A program made the position numbers and the translations under genes. A stretch of DNA of 48,005 bases from Candidatus Korobacteraceae bacterium (GTDB lineage Bacteria > Acidobacteriota > Terriglobia > Terriglobales > Acidobacteriaceae): positions 1 through 48,005 of the forward strand of contig JBEKTC010000004.1 of NCBI GenBank assembly GCA_049516475.1, given 5' to 3'. Shown here piece by piece: positions 16,638-27,821 of the stretch (the stretch's first letter is position 1; every line of letters starts with the position of its first letter). The notes under the pieces are model-generated. The model did not search any database and had not been told where the DNA came from. It saw only the letters and a program-made list of their open reading frames with translations.

Positions 16638-19514
16638 ATGATTGACAAGGTGATCTCGCACTACCGCATCGTCGAGGAAATCGGCGGCGGTGGAATGGGA
16701 GTGGTGTACAAGGCCGAGGACGCCCGCCTGGGCCGGTTTGTCGCTCTTAAGTTTCTTCCCGACGACGTCGCCCGCGACCCTCAGGCGCTCGAACGCTTCC
16801 GCCGCGAAGCCCGCGCCGCTTCGGCCCTGAACCACCCCAACATCTGCACGATCTACGACATCGGCGAGCAGGACGGCCGCGTCTTCATGGTCATGGAGTT
16901 CCTCGACGGCGTAACTCTCAAGCATCGCATCGCCGGGCATCCGCTGGAGATGGAAGATCTGCTCCGAATCGCCATCGACATTGCCGATGCGCTGGACGCC
17001 GCGCACAGCGAAGGGATCCTGCACCGCGACATCAAGCCCGCCAACATCTTCGTCACCAAACGCGGCCACGCCAAGGTCCTTGATTTCGGCCTGGCCAAGG
17101 TCACCCCAACCGCCAGTTCGTCCAGCAAGCACACGTCGGCCACAGAGCTCTCTGCCACCATAACCCTCGAACAACATCTCACCAGCCCAGGGTTTGCCGT
17201 CGGTACGGTAGCGTATATGTCGCCCGAACAGGTCCGCACCAAAGAACTGGATAACCGCAGCGACTTGTTCTCGTTCGGCGTGGTCCTGTACGAAATGGCC
17301 ACTGGTATTGCTCCATTCCGGGGAGAAAGTTCGGGAGTCATCTCCAAAGCTATCCTGGACGCCTTGCCCGCCGCACCCATCCGATTTAATCCCGATGTGC
17401 CGGCGGAACTGGAACGGATCATCAACAAGGCACTAGAGAAGGACCGCGATTTGCGCTATCAGCACGCGGCGGAAATGCGGTCAGACCTGCAACGACTGAA
17501 ACGGGATATGGATGGCGGTCACACCTCCGCAGTGACGGCGGTTACAACGTCCTTGCCACAACCGCCGGCGACTTACCGCAGCAGGCTTTGGAAGATCGCG
17601 CTTCCCGCTCTCCTGGTAGCGCTGCTGGTCGCGGGCTGGTTTTACTATCGGCCACATCAAACCAGGCCGCTTACCGACAAAGACAGCATTGTCCTCTCCG
17701 ATTTCGTCAACACCACGGGCGACAGCGTCTTCGACGACACTTTGAAGCAGGGTCTATCCGTGCAACTTGAGCAGTCACCTTTTCTCGACCTGGTTTCCGA
17801 GCGCAAGGTGAACGAGACGTTGAAAATGATGGGCCGTTCCACCCCCGATCGTCTTACGCCGGAGATCACACGCGAAATCTGCCAGCGCACCGGAAGCAGG
17901 GCCATGCTGAGCGGCTCGATTGCCGCCCTCGGCAGCCAGTATGTAATCGGCCTGAAAGCGCTGGACTGCAACACCGGGGACGTGCTGGCGGAGGCGCAGG
18001 AGCAGGCAGCGAGCAAGGAAGCGGTGCTGAAGGCTTTGGACCGCGCTGCGGTCAGCTTGCGCGGCAAGCTGGGCGAGTCGCTCAGTTCGGTGCAGAAGTA
18101 TGCGACGCCGGTGGAGGAAGCGACTACGCCATCTTTGCAAGCCCTGCAGGCCTACAGTCTGGGAAATAAGACGCGGGCTGCGAAAGGTGATGCTGCCGCC
18201 CTGCCGTTCTACAAGCAGGCGGTGGAACTAGACCCGAATTTTGCCATTGCCTACCGGTCCCTGTCGGTGGTGTACGGCAACCTCGGCGAGTTGGGCCGGG
18301 CAGGTGACAATTCACGCAAGGCTTACGAACTTCGGGCTAAGGTGAGTGAGAGGGAGCGCTTTTCCATCGAAGCGATGTATTACACCTACACTACTGGGGA
18401 GTTGGAGAAGGCAATTGAGATCTACCGGCTCTGGCAGCAGACCTACCCGCGAGACTATTTGCCTTGTACGAATCTGGGCGATGTCTACGGCAGCCTGGGA
18501 AGCTGGGAGAACGCCTTGCAGGAATCACAGGACGCGCTGCGCCTGGAGCCGAACGATGAGAACAACTATCTCAACCTCGGCAGCGATTACGCCAGCCTCA
18601 ATCGGCTGAACGATGCGGAGACGGTGTACAGGCAGGCCGAAGAGCGCAAGCTGGAAAGTGAGTACCTTATAGCAAATCGCTACCAGTTGGCCTTCCTCAA
18701 AGATGACAAGGCCCAGATGGCGCAGCTGGCAGCAGCCGCTATTGACAAGCCCGGCGCGGAAGACCTGGTTCTGGCCTATCAGGCGGACACTGCGGGCTGG
18801 TATGGAAAGATGAAAAACGCGCGCGCGCTGTCGCAGCGGGCGATGGAGGTAGCCCAGCACAACGATGCTAAAGAGCAGGCTGCACTGTACCAGGCGACGG
18901 CGGCGCTTCGCGAGGTAGAAGCCGGCGACCGGGAGCAGGCCCGTAGCGACGCCACGGCCGCGGTGAAGCAGGCGCCAAACCGTGACGTGCGGGCGATTGC
19001 GGCCCTGGCCCTGGCGCGGGCAGGCGATGAGGCAGGCGCGGACAAACTGGCGGCGGAGCTCGACAAGGCGTTCCCGCTGGATACGCTGATCCAGCGCTAT
19101 TGGCTGCCGACCATTCGAGCCGCCAATGCACTGCAGCGCAAAGACCCCAACCGGGCCATCGATACATTGCAGGTAGCAGCCGCCGTCGAACTCGGCGAAA
19201 TCGCGCAAGTAACGGTGTTTCTATGCCCCGCGTATGTGCGGGGAGAAGCCTATCTCATGCTCCACGACGGCAAGGCCGCAGCCGCGGAATTCCAGAAATT
19301 CATTGACCACTCGGGACTGGTGGTCAACTTTCCATGGGCGGCCCTGGCTCGCCTCGGTCTGGCGCGCGCTTACGCCCTCGACGCTGCCAAAGACCCCGCA
19401 GCCCGCGACAAGGCACGCACCGCCTATCGTGATTTCCTCACGCTATGGAAGGACGCAGACCCCGACGCTTCAATCCTGAAGCAAGCCCAGGCGGAGTATG
19501 CAAAGCTGGGTTAA
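16638..19514 (+). CDS. Hanks-type Ser/Thr protein kinase - TM helix - extracytoplasmic/TPR repeat region
   Basis: Kinase motifs [31 protein letters not shown] and SPEQ. TM helix [21 protein letters not shown]-like repeats in the C-terminal half. Start set at [11 protein letters not shown]. Confidence 0.88.
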   Translation: MIDKVISHYRIVEEIGGGGMGVVYKAEDARLGRFVALKFLPDDVARDPQALERFRREARAASALNHPNICTIYDIGEQDGRVFMVMEFLDGVTLKHRIAGHPLEMEDLLRIAIDIADALDAAHSEGILHRDIKPANIFVTKRGHAKVLDFGLAKVTPTASSSSKHTSATELSATITLEQHLTSPGFAVGTVAYMSPEQVRTKELDNRSDLFSFGVVLYEMATGIAPFRGESSGVISKAILDALPAAPIRFNPDVPAELERIINKALEKDRDLRYQHAAEMRSDLQRLKRDMDGGHTSAVTAVTTSLPQPPATYRSRLWKIALPALLVALLVAGWFYYRPHQTRPLTDKDSIVLSDFVNTTGDSVFDDTLKQGLSVQLEQSPFLDLVSERKVNETLKMMGRSTPDRLTPEITREICQRTGSRAMLSGSIAALGSQYVIGLKALDCNTGDVLAEAQEQAASKEAVLKALDRAAVSLRGKLGESLSSVQKYATPVEEATTPSLQALQAYSLGNKTRAAKGDAAALPFYKQAVELDPNFAIAYRSLSVVYGNLGELGRAGDNSRKAYELRAKVSERERFSIEAMYYTYTTGELEKAIEIYRLWQQTYPRDYLPCTNLGDVYGSLGSWENALQESQDALRLEPNDENNYLNLGSDYASLNRLNDAETVYRQAEERKLESEYLIANRYQLAFLKDDKAQMAQLAAAAIDKPGAEDLVLAYQADTAGWYGKMKNARALSQRAMEVAQHNDAKEQAALYQATAALREVEAGDREQARSDATAAVKQAPNRDVRAIAALALARAGDEAGADKLAAELDKAFPLDTLIQRYWLPTIRAANALQRKDPNRAIDTLQVAAAVELGEIAQVTVFLCPAYVRGEAYLMLHDGKAAAAEFQKFIDHSGLVVNFPWAALARLGLARAYALDAAKDPAARDKARTAYRDFLTLWKDADPDASILKQAQAEYAKLG

Positions 19515-19628
19515 TTCCGGCGCGGCAATGTAACGACACTCGGATGAAATGACTCTTACTGAATCTGATGACATAGCGATTTTGAATTGTCATCACGAGC
19601 GCAGCGGCGTTAGGAACGCGAACCGCGG

Positions 19629-21635
19629 CTACTCGTACACCGAGCACCCGCATCCAGGCGACGGCACATGCACCTTCAGGAAATCCGACACCCGCTGATA
19701 CGCGTCGATCTGATTTTCTACTCGCGCGAAGCCGTGGCCTTCATCGCCATAGATTTTCAGCTGCGCGACACCGCCGCGCTTCTTGACGGCGTCGGCCACC
19801 TGCTGCGCTTCTGAGGACGGACAGCGCGGGTCATTCGCGCCTGCTAACAGCAGCAGCGGCGCCTTGATCTGGTCGACGAAGTTGATCGGCGAGCGATCTT
19901 CGTACAGCGCCTTGTTCTTCACCGGGTCGCCCATGGTCGCCAGATCATATTCGCGCAGGCTGGGATCTTCGTTGGCGATCTCGGTGAACCAGTTCACGAA
20001 CGGCACGATCGGCACTGCCGCGGCCCACATATCCGTAGCCTTGGTCACCGCCATCATGCTGAGATAGCCACCGTAGCTGCCGCCCATCACGATCAGCTTC
20101 TTGGGATCGACAAACCCGCTCTTCTTGATCCACTCGGCCGCGTCCAGCACGTCGTTCAGTTCCTGGCCGCCGGCATCGCCCATGTTGGCATCGACAAACT
20201 GCTTGCCGTATCCGGTCGAGCCGCGATAGTTCGGCGCAATCACCAGGTATCCCTGGTTCACGATGTACTGAATGAAGCGATTGAACGAGTCCACCGACTG
20301 CACCGCCGGACCGCCGTGAATGTAGACAATCGCCGGAAACTTGCCGTTGCGTTGAATGTTGTTTGGAACATAAGCGAACGCCGAGATCGTCCACTTGCCA
20401 TCGCGGCTGGGATAGTGCACCAGGTACGGCTGAACCATGTCGGCGCTGCGCAGCCCGCCGACCAGCGAGTGCGTAATCTGCTGCGATTGCTTGGACGCGA
20501 CGTCATACACCCACAGATCGCTCGGCGCGTTGGCGCCGTTGTGGTAGTACAGCAGGCGCGATCCGTCTCGCGTGTAAGCGGTCGGATGGCCCCCGAGCGA
20601 ATTGACGCCCGGCTGGATGGGCAACTCCGCGGCGCGGTGCTCGGCAATGTCGTAGGAACAAATATTCGTTGTGCCATCAACGTTCGCGGTCCACGTCAAC
20701 GACTTGCCATCGGGAGAAAAACCGCCCGCACCGAGCTCCCATTTCTCATCGGTCAGCCAGTCGATCTTCTTCGTCGCGATACCCACGAGTCCCACATTCT
20801 CGTAGCCGTTGTGCGCGTCGGAAGTGATGAGCACAGTCTTGCCATCGGGCGAGACATCAGCAGCGATGTAGTTGTGCCGGTCCTCGTGCGGCGTCAGGTT
20901 CGTGCTCTGGCCGCTGGCCAAATCGAGCACGAAGACGTTGGCGTCTTTCCCGGTGGCGTGCGACTGTGTGTAGACGATGAACTTGCCATCGCGCGAGAAG
21001 GTGGGGTGGTGGTTGCTCAGTTCCTTGGGCGTGTTCTTCGTCAGATGGCGAATGTGCCGCGTGGTCACATCCATCAAGTCGATCTCGTAGCTCGATCCTG
21101 TCTTCGGCTTGGTGGTGTAGGCGAGTTTGCTGCCGTCAGGCGACCACGCGGGCTCGACTTCGGCCGACTCCGGCGAGATGGTCAGGTTCACCACGTCGCC
21201 GGTCTTGGGCGAAACCAGGAAGATGTCCCACTGCTCGTCGCCGTCGTGGTCGGAGGTGTATGCGATCCAGGTACCGTCGGGCGACCAGACTGGCTGTGCT
21301 TGCCGCTGGTCGCTGATGGTCAACTGCGTCGGCCAGCCGCCAGTTGCCGGCACCAGCCACAGGTTGTTGCGCCCGCTGATGTTGGAGATGAAGGCGACCT
21401 GCTTGCCGTCGGGCGACCACGTCGAGCTGCCCATCTGGCGCGTCATGTAGAGCTTCTCGATGGAGAACGTCTGCATGTCGGCAACGGTCTTGCTCTCGAG
21501 GTTGGTGGGGTCGGTGATGGCTTGTGGCGCGGTAAGCGCTTGCTGGGCGAATGCAGTTATCGTCATAACGAGAATGAATGCGTGATTAATGAGTTTCAAG
21601 TTTCGAGTTTCCAGTTTCGTCGAAGCTGGGATCAC
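19629..21635 (-). CDS. S9-family serine peptidase with an N-terminal PD40/TolB-like beta-propeller
   Basis: Repeated WSPDG / FSPDG propeller motifs. GGSYGGY nucleophile elbow. C-terminal D and H (GDEGHGF). The start is uncertain: GTG at 21635, or TTG at 21599, which gives a clean signal peptide MKLINHAFILVMTITAFA. Confidence 0.85.
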   Translation of the reverse strand: MIPASTKLETRNLKLINHAFILVMTITAFAQQALTAPQAITDPTNLESKTVADMQTFSIEKLYMTRQMGSSTWSPDGKQVAFISNISGRNNLWLVPATGGWPTQLTISDQRQAQPVWSPDGTWIAYTSDHDGDEQWDIFLVSPKTGDVVNLTISPESAEVEPAWSPDGSKLAYTTKPKTGSSYEIDLMDVTTRHIRHLTKNTPKELSNHHPTFSRDGKFIVYTQSHATGKDANVFVLDLASGQSTNLTPHEDRHNYIAADVSPDGKTVLITSDAHNGYENVGLVGIATKKIDWLTDEKWELGAGGFSPDGKSLTWTANVDGTTNICSYDIAEHRAAELPIQPGVNSLGGHPTAYTRDGSRLLYYHNGANAPSDLWVYDVASKQSQQITHSLVGGLRSADMVQPYLVHYPSRDGKWTISAFAYVPNNIQRNGKFPAIVYIHGGPAVQSVDSFNRFIQYIVNQGYLVIAPNYRGSTGYGKQFVDANMGDAGGQELNDVLDAAEWIKKSGFVDPKKLIVMGGSYGGYLSMMAVTKATDMWAAAVPIVPFVNWFTEIANEDPSLREYDLATMGDPVKNKALYEDRSPINFVDQIKAPLLLLAGANDPRCPSSEAQQVADAVKKRGGVAQLKIYGDEGHGFARVENQIDAYQRVSDFLKVHVPSPGCGCSVYE
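21592..21619. repeat. Imperfect heptanucleotide array (AGTTTCN)x4
   Basis: agtttca agtttcg agtttcc agtttcg. It lies within codons 6-15 of the long S9 ORF, or just upstream of the alternative TTG start. Confidence 0.85.
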
Positions 21636-21811
21636 AGGTTTCTATTGTAAAGGTGACGGGCCGCGGGGATTAGGTGTGTGCTGCTTGCCACGTCATTGCT
21701 CGCCACCTGCTCCGGAGTTTATAGTCAAGAGTTTGGTTACCCGTCCGGAGCTCCCTGTGCCGGACATACTATCATCCAACTGGCGCGGATTCTCCGCTCC
21801 CCGGAGTCCTC

Positions 21812-23950
21812 ATGTTGAAAAGAACTGCCCTTCTGATCTCTCTTCTTGTGCTCTTTCTCGGCAACTCAATTTACGCCGATGAAGGCATGTGGCTGTTCAA
21901 TGCATTTCCCAAGGATAAAGTACAGGCCAAGTACGGATTCACGCCAGATCAGGCGTGGCTCGATCATGTTCGGCTTTCCTCTGCCCGCGCCCCGAATGGC
22001 TCGTCGTCATTTGTCTCGCCGGACGGACTCATCTTTACCAATCATCACATCGCGCAAGAGTGCATTCACGACCTTTCCACCAGTGGTAAGGACTACATGA
22101 AGATGGGTTACTACGCGCCCACCCGCGCCGATGAAGCCAAGTGCCCGGGCATGGAGTTCGTGGTGCTGGAAGATATCTCAGACGTCACCGCGAAGGTGAA
22201 CGGCGCGGTGAAGCCGGGAATGGCCGCTGCCGATGCCGGCAAGGCGCAGCGCCAGGAGATAGCGGCGCTGGAGAAGCAATGCTCCGGTGGCGATATCCGC
22301 TGCGACGTCGTCACGTTCTATTCCGGCGCGATGTACAACTTGTACAAGTACAAGAAGTACGATGACATCCGGCTGGTCTTCGCACCGGAGTTCGACATCG
22401 CTTTCTTCGGCGGCGATCCCGATAACTTCGAGTATCCCCGCTATGACCTCGACATCTCGTTCTTCCGCGCGTACGAAAACGGCGCGCCGGCTAAGATCCA
22501 GAACTACCTGAAGTGGTCGCCCAATGGTGCGAGTGACGGCGAACTGGTTTTTGTCTCAGGACATCCTGGCCGCACCGGACGCTTGCTCACCATGGACCAG
22601 CTCGGGTTCCTGCGCGACTACCAGTACCCGCTCCAGCTCAAATCCCTCAGCCGCCGCGTCGATGTACTGCAGAAGTTCAGCGCGCAATCGGCGGAAAACG
22701 ATCGCGAAGCGCAGAGCGACGTATTCGGACTGCAGAATTCCTTCAAGGCCGTCACCGGTTACGAAGATGGATTGAAGGACAAGGATGTGATGGCCACCAA
22801 GGCCACCGACGAAAAGAGCCTGCAGGAGTTCGTCGAATCCAATCCGCAACGCAAGCAGGAGTTCGGCGATCCCTGGGCGCAGATTGCCAAGGCGGTCGAT
22901 GTACAGAAGGAGATTTACAAGCAATTGTTGTATATCGACAGTATGGGCGGTTTCCGCGGCGATCTGGCGCGCTACGCTCGGTACATCGTCCGCGCTGCGT
23001 ATGAAAAGCAGATGCCCAGCAATCAACGCATGCACGACTATCAGGATTCGCAACTGCCAACCCTGGAGCAGCAGCTCTTCTCCACCGCACCGGTCTACAA
23101 GTCCTTGGAGCAGGTCTTGCTGGGCGAGAGCCTGGCGGAAATGCGCGATGAACTCGGCGCCGACAATCCTGACGTCCGGAAAGCGCTGGCCGGCAAGAAC
23201 CCCGACGAGCGTGCCAAACAACTAATCGACGGCACTAAGCTGCAGGATGTTGCCGTGCGCAAGCAGCTCTATGAAGGTGGCGTGACAGCGGTGAATGCCA
23301 GCACCGATCCGCTGATCGTGATGATGCGGGAAGTTGAGCCGGACGCCGCCGCCATCCACAATCGCGATGAGAACCAGGTGCAGGCGGTGCTGCGGCAAAG
23401 TGGTGGCAACATCGGTAAGGCATTGTTCGCGCAGAAAGGCTTGAGTGTGCCGCCGGATGCAACCTTCACGCTGAGACTGAGCTATGGCTCGGTCGAAGGC
23501 TACAAGCTCGACGGCAAGGATGTATCGTGGTTCACCACCATGGGCGGAGCCTACGAGCATGCCGCCGAGCATGGCAGCAAGCCGCCGTATCAGCTGCCGG
23601 ACAGCTGGATCAAGTACAAGTCAGCCATCAACCTGCAAACGGTCTACGATACGGTTTCCACGCCCGACATTATCGGCGGCAACTCCGGCAGTCCCGTGAT
23701 CAATAAGGCGGGCGAAGTTGTCGGCATTATCTTCGACGGCAACATTGAATCGCTGGTCTGGAACTTCGCCTATAGCGACAAGGTAGCGCGCGCCGTGGAA
23801 GTGGACAGCCGCGCGATTACGGAGGCGCTGCGCAATATCTATCACGCCGATGGGCTGATCAATGAGCTCATGCCGGCGCAGACGGGCGCGCTGAAGCCGA
23901 ACCCCACAACCAAAATGAGGAGGCCGGTCGCCCGGCCGCAACAGCAATAG
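21812..23950 (+). CDS. S46-family dipeptidyl-peptidase (DPP7/DPP11-like)
   Basis: A signal peptide is followed by the hallmark ADEGMWLFN. His in FTNHHI. Ser in GGNSGSPVIN. 712 aa. Confidence 0.85.
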   Translation: MLKRTALLISLLVLFLGNSIYADEGMWLFNAFPKDKVQAKYGFTPDQAWLDHVRLSSARAPNGSSSFVSPDGLIFTNHHIAQECIHDLSTSGKDYMKMGYYAPTRADEAKCPGMEFVVLEDISDVTAKVNGAVKPGMAAADAGKAQRQEIAALEKQCSGGDIRCDVVTFYSGAMYNLYKYKKYDDIRLVFAPEFDIAFFGGDPDNFEYPRYDLDISFFRAYENGAPAKIQNYLKWSPNGASDGELVFVSGHPGRTGRLLTMDQLGFLRDYQYPLQLKSLSRRVDVLQKFSAQSAENDREAQSDVFGLQNSFKAVTGYEDGLKDKDVMATKATDEKSLQEFVESNPQRKQEFGDPWAQIAKAVDVQKEIYKQLLYIDSMGGFRGDLARYARYIVRAAYEKQMPSNQRMHDYQDSQLPTLEQQLFSTAPVYKSLEQVLLGESLAEMRDELGADNPDVRKALAGKNPDERAKQLIDGTKLQDVAVRKQLYEGGVTAVNASTDPLIVMMREVEPDAAAIHNRDENQVQAVLRQSGGNIGKALFAQKGLSVPPDATFTLRLSYGSVEGYKLDGKDVSWFTTMGGAYEHAAEHGSKPPYQLPDSWIKYKSAINLQTVYDTVSTPDIIGGNSGSPVINKAGEVVGIIFDGNIESLVWNFAYSDKVARAVEVDSRAITEALRNIYHADGLINELMPAQTGALKPNPTTKMRRPVARPQQQ

Positions 23951-23977
23951 TTCCTCGCCTCAAGCGGCCACAAGAAA

Positions 23978-24003
23978 ACCGGCGCGACTTTGGTCGCGCC
24001 GGT
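23978..24003. terminator. Rho-independent-type hairpin between convergent genes
   Basis: accggcgcgac-tttg-gtcgcgccggt is a perfect 11-bp GC-rich stem. It is followed by gttatt on the + strand and preceded by gaaaa, which supplies the T-run for the - strand. Confidence 0.65.
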
Positions 24004-24029
24004 GTTATTAGGATGCGATTGTAATTGCC

Positions 24030-24842
24030 TTACGCCGCCGTCGCCTTCCGCTCGTCAGACTGTTGTTGCTCCTGCGATGGGACGGAAACCAGCGGGCTCG
24101 CCTGATGCATCTCCCGATAACGCTTGGGGGTCGCGCCTACCAGGCGGCGAAACACGCTGGTGAAGTGGCTTTGCGTTTCGAATCCGACCTGGGTGGCAAT
24201 TTCGGCCAGTGCCATTCGGCTCTCGCGCAGGTGTTCCTGAGCACGCTCCACTCTTTGCCGCATTACATATTGATGGGGAGTTATGCCAGTGCTCATCTTG
24301 AACAGCTTGGAGAAGTAATACTGACTCATACCCACCACTTGCGCCAGGTCGTTCACCGATAAGCCGCGGGCTACATTCTCCCGGATGTGGGCAAATACAC
24401 GCTGCAGGCGACGAGGAGGCAAACCGCCTATCACTTCAATGGGGGCAAGCGTGGCATTCAGGTAGGCCTCGACCACTTCTCGTGCGTGATCGTCCTGCAA
24501 CGAATGCAACGCCAGCACCAAGACGTTCATGCCCTCGATCTTGGCGCCCACGTGAGCGGAATGCGCGTCGCCGCAAAGCGCAGCCCGAACTCCGGGCACG
24601 CGATTGGCGGCAACCGACGCGCCAACTGCTCGGCTGCTGATGATGATGCCGCGCTCGGTGTCGTGCCGCAGCACTGACAGCGCGACTTGCTCGGCGTAAT
24701 CGGTGCGGCCCTGACTCTGCACGGGCGGAGCAGCATCCGTCACCTCGTGTCCCGCGGCAATCAGTTTCGCGGCGAGCCGCTGTTTAGCTTCATGCCCTGC
24801 TTCATCGGAAGCGATCGCGATCTGCACTTTGTTATCCTCCAT
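24030..24842 (-). CDS. RpiB/LacAB-like sugar-phosphate isomerase domain fused to an AraC-family HTH DNA-binding domain
   Basis: The N-terminus VQIAIASDEAGHEAKQRL...GIIISSRAVGASVAANRVPGVRAAL aligns to the RpiB core. The C-terminus LSVNDLAQVVGMSQYYFSKLFK...TPHQYVMRQRVERAQEHL...FETQSHFTSVFRRLVGATPKRYR is an AraC HTH pair. Start taken at the second Met. Confidence 0.7.
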   Translation of the reverse strand: MEDNKVQIAIASDEAGHEAKQRLAAKLIAAGHEVTDAAPPVQSQGRTDYAEQVALSVLRHDTERGIIISSRAVGASVAANRVPGVRAALCGDAHSAHVGAKIEGMNVLVLALHSLQDDHAREVVEAYLNATLAPIEVIGGLPPRRLQRVFAHIRENVARGLSVNDLAQVVGMSQYYFSKLFKMSTGITPHQYVMRQRVERAQEHLRESRMALAEIATQVGFETQSHFTSVFRRLVGATPKRYREMHQASPLVSVPSQEQQQSDERKATAA

Positions 24843-25370
24843 TTCCTTTCTAAACGTGGTCCGCCGCAACAGCTCAAATGCCGTTGCGTCCTACCGGCGC
24901 ACTTCGTTCAGGAACCTGAAGTATTGCGCCACTTGCGTCGTCGGCCGCAGATCCCGGAATCAGCGCCGGGTGCTGGCAACGACTTCACTCGTCATGACGA
25001 CTTGGCGCACAAAGGAAAAGGCCCCACGAGCCTATGGCGGTTCGTGATGGGAGAGTATGACTCCTGGCCAATACCCACACAGGCAAGTTGGAAGCACTTT
25101 CTTGCCACATCCTGCTTGTGTTTCATGATACCAGAGGTGAAAGTTCCCGATTTTTTCCACAGCCCGGCATGACATCAGGTTTTTTCCCTGCCTGCCAGCC
25201 AAATTTCACCTGCCCTTGACGCTCGCGGTACACTTCCAACGCCCCTGTAAATGACTTCACCAGCCGATGCTGACTCGGGTTAGGAATCGAGAGTGCGCTG
25301 GACGCGGATATTCAGCTTTGCCTTAAGCAGGCTTTAGGCATCGCAGCCTAACACTAGGAGAACATTCATC

Positions 25371-27821
25371 TTGACCGGTAGCAATCCAGCCCCGGGCGGA
25401 CCCGGCATCGAACCCCGTTGGACCGGCGGCGCCAAGGATGCTGTTGGCACCGCATACGCTGTTTCCAGCCGCATCTGGTACACGCTGTGCAACGGTGTCA
25501 ACACGGAGATCTACTATCCGACCATTGATTCCCCTCAGATCCGGGATTTGCAGTACATGGTTAGCGACGGGGAAACATTTTTCCACGACGAACGCCGCAA
25601 CACCATCAGCACGATTGAACTTATCGATCCTGGCGCCCTGGGCTTCAAGATCACCAACACTGATCCTGACGGACGTTACACCATCGAGAAGCAGATCATC
25701 AGCGACCCCCACCTCAACTGTCTCCTCATTCATACCAAGTTCAACCCTGCGCCCGAGTGGCAGGGACGCCTGCACCTCTATGTGCTTTGCGCGCCCCATC
25801 TGAACATCGGCGGTTGGCACAACAATGCAGAAGTATTGGAAGCGAAGGGCCGGCATTTCCTGATTGCCTATCGCGACAATGTACACATGGCGATCGGAAC
25901 CAAGGTAGGGTTCAGCAAACTTTCCTGCGGCTACGTTGGTATCAGTGACGGTTGGACCGACCTGGCCCACAACCTGAAGATGGATTGGGAATACGACAGC
26001 GCGATGGACGGAAATGTCGCCCTGACGGGAGAGATCGACCTGGCGCACGGCAACGAATTCACTCTCGGCCTGGCTTTCGGCCGCACCCCCCACGCCGCCG
26101 GCGCCACCCTCTTCCAGTCCCTGTGTGTGCCATTTCAAACCAATGTGAACAGTTTTATCGAGCAGTGGCACCGGACGCGCAAGCGGCTGGCCGTCATTGA
26201 CATGAACCATGACAAGGTCTCCGACGCAGCCTCCTGTTTATTCGCTCGCAGCATCAATCTGCTGCTGGCGCACGAGGACAAGCTTTATCCCGGAGCCATG
26301 ATCGCCAGCTTGAGCATTCCCTGGGGCGAAGACAAAAGCGATGACGAACTGGGCGGCTATCACCTGGTCTGGACCCGGGATATGGTGCACTCCGCCGGCG
26401 CCCTTTTAGCTGCGGGCGACACCGCCACGCCCTTGCGCGCCATGATCTATCTGGCAATAGCCCAGCGCGAAGACGGCGGCTTCTACCAGAACTTCTGGAT
26501 CGATGGCAGCCCCTATTGGACGGGCGTGCAACTGGACGAGGTTTCGTTTCCCATCGTCCTGGCATGGCGCCTGTGGAAGGCCAACGCGCTCGCCGAGTTC
26601 GATCCCTACATTACGGTTTGCCGGGCCTGCGCCTATCTGATCCGCGAAGGTCCGGCCACGCCAGAGGACCGTTGGGAAGAAGCGGGAGGCTACTCGCCCT
26701 CCACGCTCGCCGTCAATATCGCCGCCCTGATCTGCGCCGCCGAAATGATCGAGTCCCGTGGTGACAAGCATACCGCGGACTTCGTGCGTACCTACGCCGA
26801 CTTCCTGGAGTCGCACATTGAGAAGTGGACAGTCACGAACCAGGGCACGCTGCTGCCGGCAATCAAGCGGCATTACATCCGCATCAATCCCGCCGTCAGC
26901 CGCGACGGCGCGGTGGGCGACGAGGATCCCGACAAAGGCGAACTGATTCTGGCGAATCAGAAGCCTGGCGACCAGTATGAGTATCCCGCAAACCAGATCG
27001 TGGATCACGGCTTCCTGGAACTGGTCCGCTTTGGCGTTCGCAAGCCCGGCGACCCGCTCATCGAGGACTCCTTGAAGGTGATCGACGCGGTCCTGAAGGT
27101 CGATACTCCCATCGGACCGTGTTGGAAACGGTACAACCACGACGGCTATGGTCAGCGCGACGACGGCACGTCCTTCAAGACGTGGGGAGTCGGCCACGCC
27201 TGGCCCTTGCTCATGCTGGAACGTGCAACGTACGAACTGGCCGCCGGTCGCGATATCGACATCTATATCCGTGCGGCCGAGGCGTTTGCTACTGGCGTGG
27301 GGTTGTTCCCTGAGCAGATCTGGGACCTGCCGGATATTCCGCAAGAGCACATGTTTTTCGGCAAGGCAACGGGAGCGGCGATTCCTCTGCTGTGGGCGCA
27401 CGCCGAGTATGTGACGCTGCTGCGCTCGATGTTGGACAAGAGGATCTTTGATCGAATCGATCCGGTTGCGGCGCGTTATTGCAACGATAATCCGCGCCCG
27501 GTAATCGAAGTATGGAAGATGAATCGCCAGGTCCAAAAAGTGCCGGCGGGAGCTTTACTCCGGATCCAGGCGTCGTCGCCCTTTGTGCTGCATTGGAGCG
27601 ACGATGAGTGGAAAACGCCACGCGATACTGCGTCCACTCCGACTGCTCTAGGTGTCGAGTATGCCGACATCCACATCGATCCCGGGCAGAAAACGCCGCT
27701 GCGATTCACTTTCAACTGGCCCACAGACCACCAGTGGCAAGGCACCAATTATGCGGTCGAAGTTGAACAACCGACGCAAACTGAGGCGGAAAGGGCCCTT
27801 GCGAAATCAAGCTCCGGATAG
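25371..27821 (+). CDS. GH15 glycoside hydrolase (bacterial glucoamylase/glucodextranase type)
   Basis: TTG start with AGGAGA upstream. Family blocks GGYHLVWTRDMVHSAGALLAAGD, RWEEAGGYSPSTLAVNIAAL and WPLLMLERATYELAAG. 816 aa with an N-terminal beta-sandwich region. Confidence 0.85.
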   Translation: MTGSNPAPGGPGIEPRWTGGAKDAVGTAYAVSSRIWYTLCNGVNTEIYYPTIDSPQIRDLQYMVSDGETFFHDERRNTISTIELIDPGALGFKITNTDPDGRYTIEKQIISDPHLNCLLIHTKFNPAPEWQGRLHLYVLCAPHLNIGGWHNNAEVLEAKGRHFLIAYRDNVHMAIGTKVGFSKLSCGYVGISDGWTDLAHNLKMDWEYDSAMDGNVALTGEIDLAHGNEFTLGLAFGRTPHAAGATLFQSLCVPFQTNVNSFIEQWHRTRKRLAVIDMNHDKVSDAASCLFARSINLLLAHEDKLYPGAMIASLSIPWGEDKSDDELGGYHLVWTRDMVHSAGALLAAGDTATPLRAMIYLAIAQREDGGFYQNFWIDGSPYWTGVQLDEVSFPIVLAWRLWKANALAEFDPYITVCRACAYLIREGPATPEDRWEEAGGYSPSTLAVNIAALICAAEMIESRGDKHTADFVRTYADFLESHIEKWTVTNQGTLLPAIKRHYIRINPAVSRDGAVGDEDPDKGELILANQKPGDQYEYPANQIVDHGFLELVRFGVRKPGDPLIEDSLKVIDAVLKVDTPIGPCWKRYNHDGYGQRDDGTSFKTWGVGHAWPLLMLERATYELAAGRDIDIYIRAAEAFATGVGLFPEQIWDLPDIPQEHMFFGKATGAAIPLLWAHAEYVTLLRSMLDKRIFDRIDPVAARYCNDNPRPVIEVWKMNRQVQKVPAGALLRIQASSPFVLHWSDDEWKTPRDTASTPTALGVEYADIHIDPGQKTPLRFTFNWPTDHQWQGTNYAVEVEQPTQTEAERALAKSSSG

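Noticed and set aside
20316-21650. 444-aa plus-strand ORF antisense to the S9 peptidase
   Set aside because: It is Arg/Gly/Val/Leu-rich with no recognisable motifs and lies entirely antisense to a gene with clear catalytic motifs. This is a typical high-GC shadow ORF.
25323-27536. Minus-strand ORFs 25323..26210 and 26406..27536 overlapping the GH15 gene
   Set aside because: No family motifs, and antisense to a well-supported glycoside hydrolase frame.
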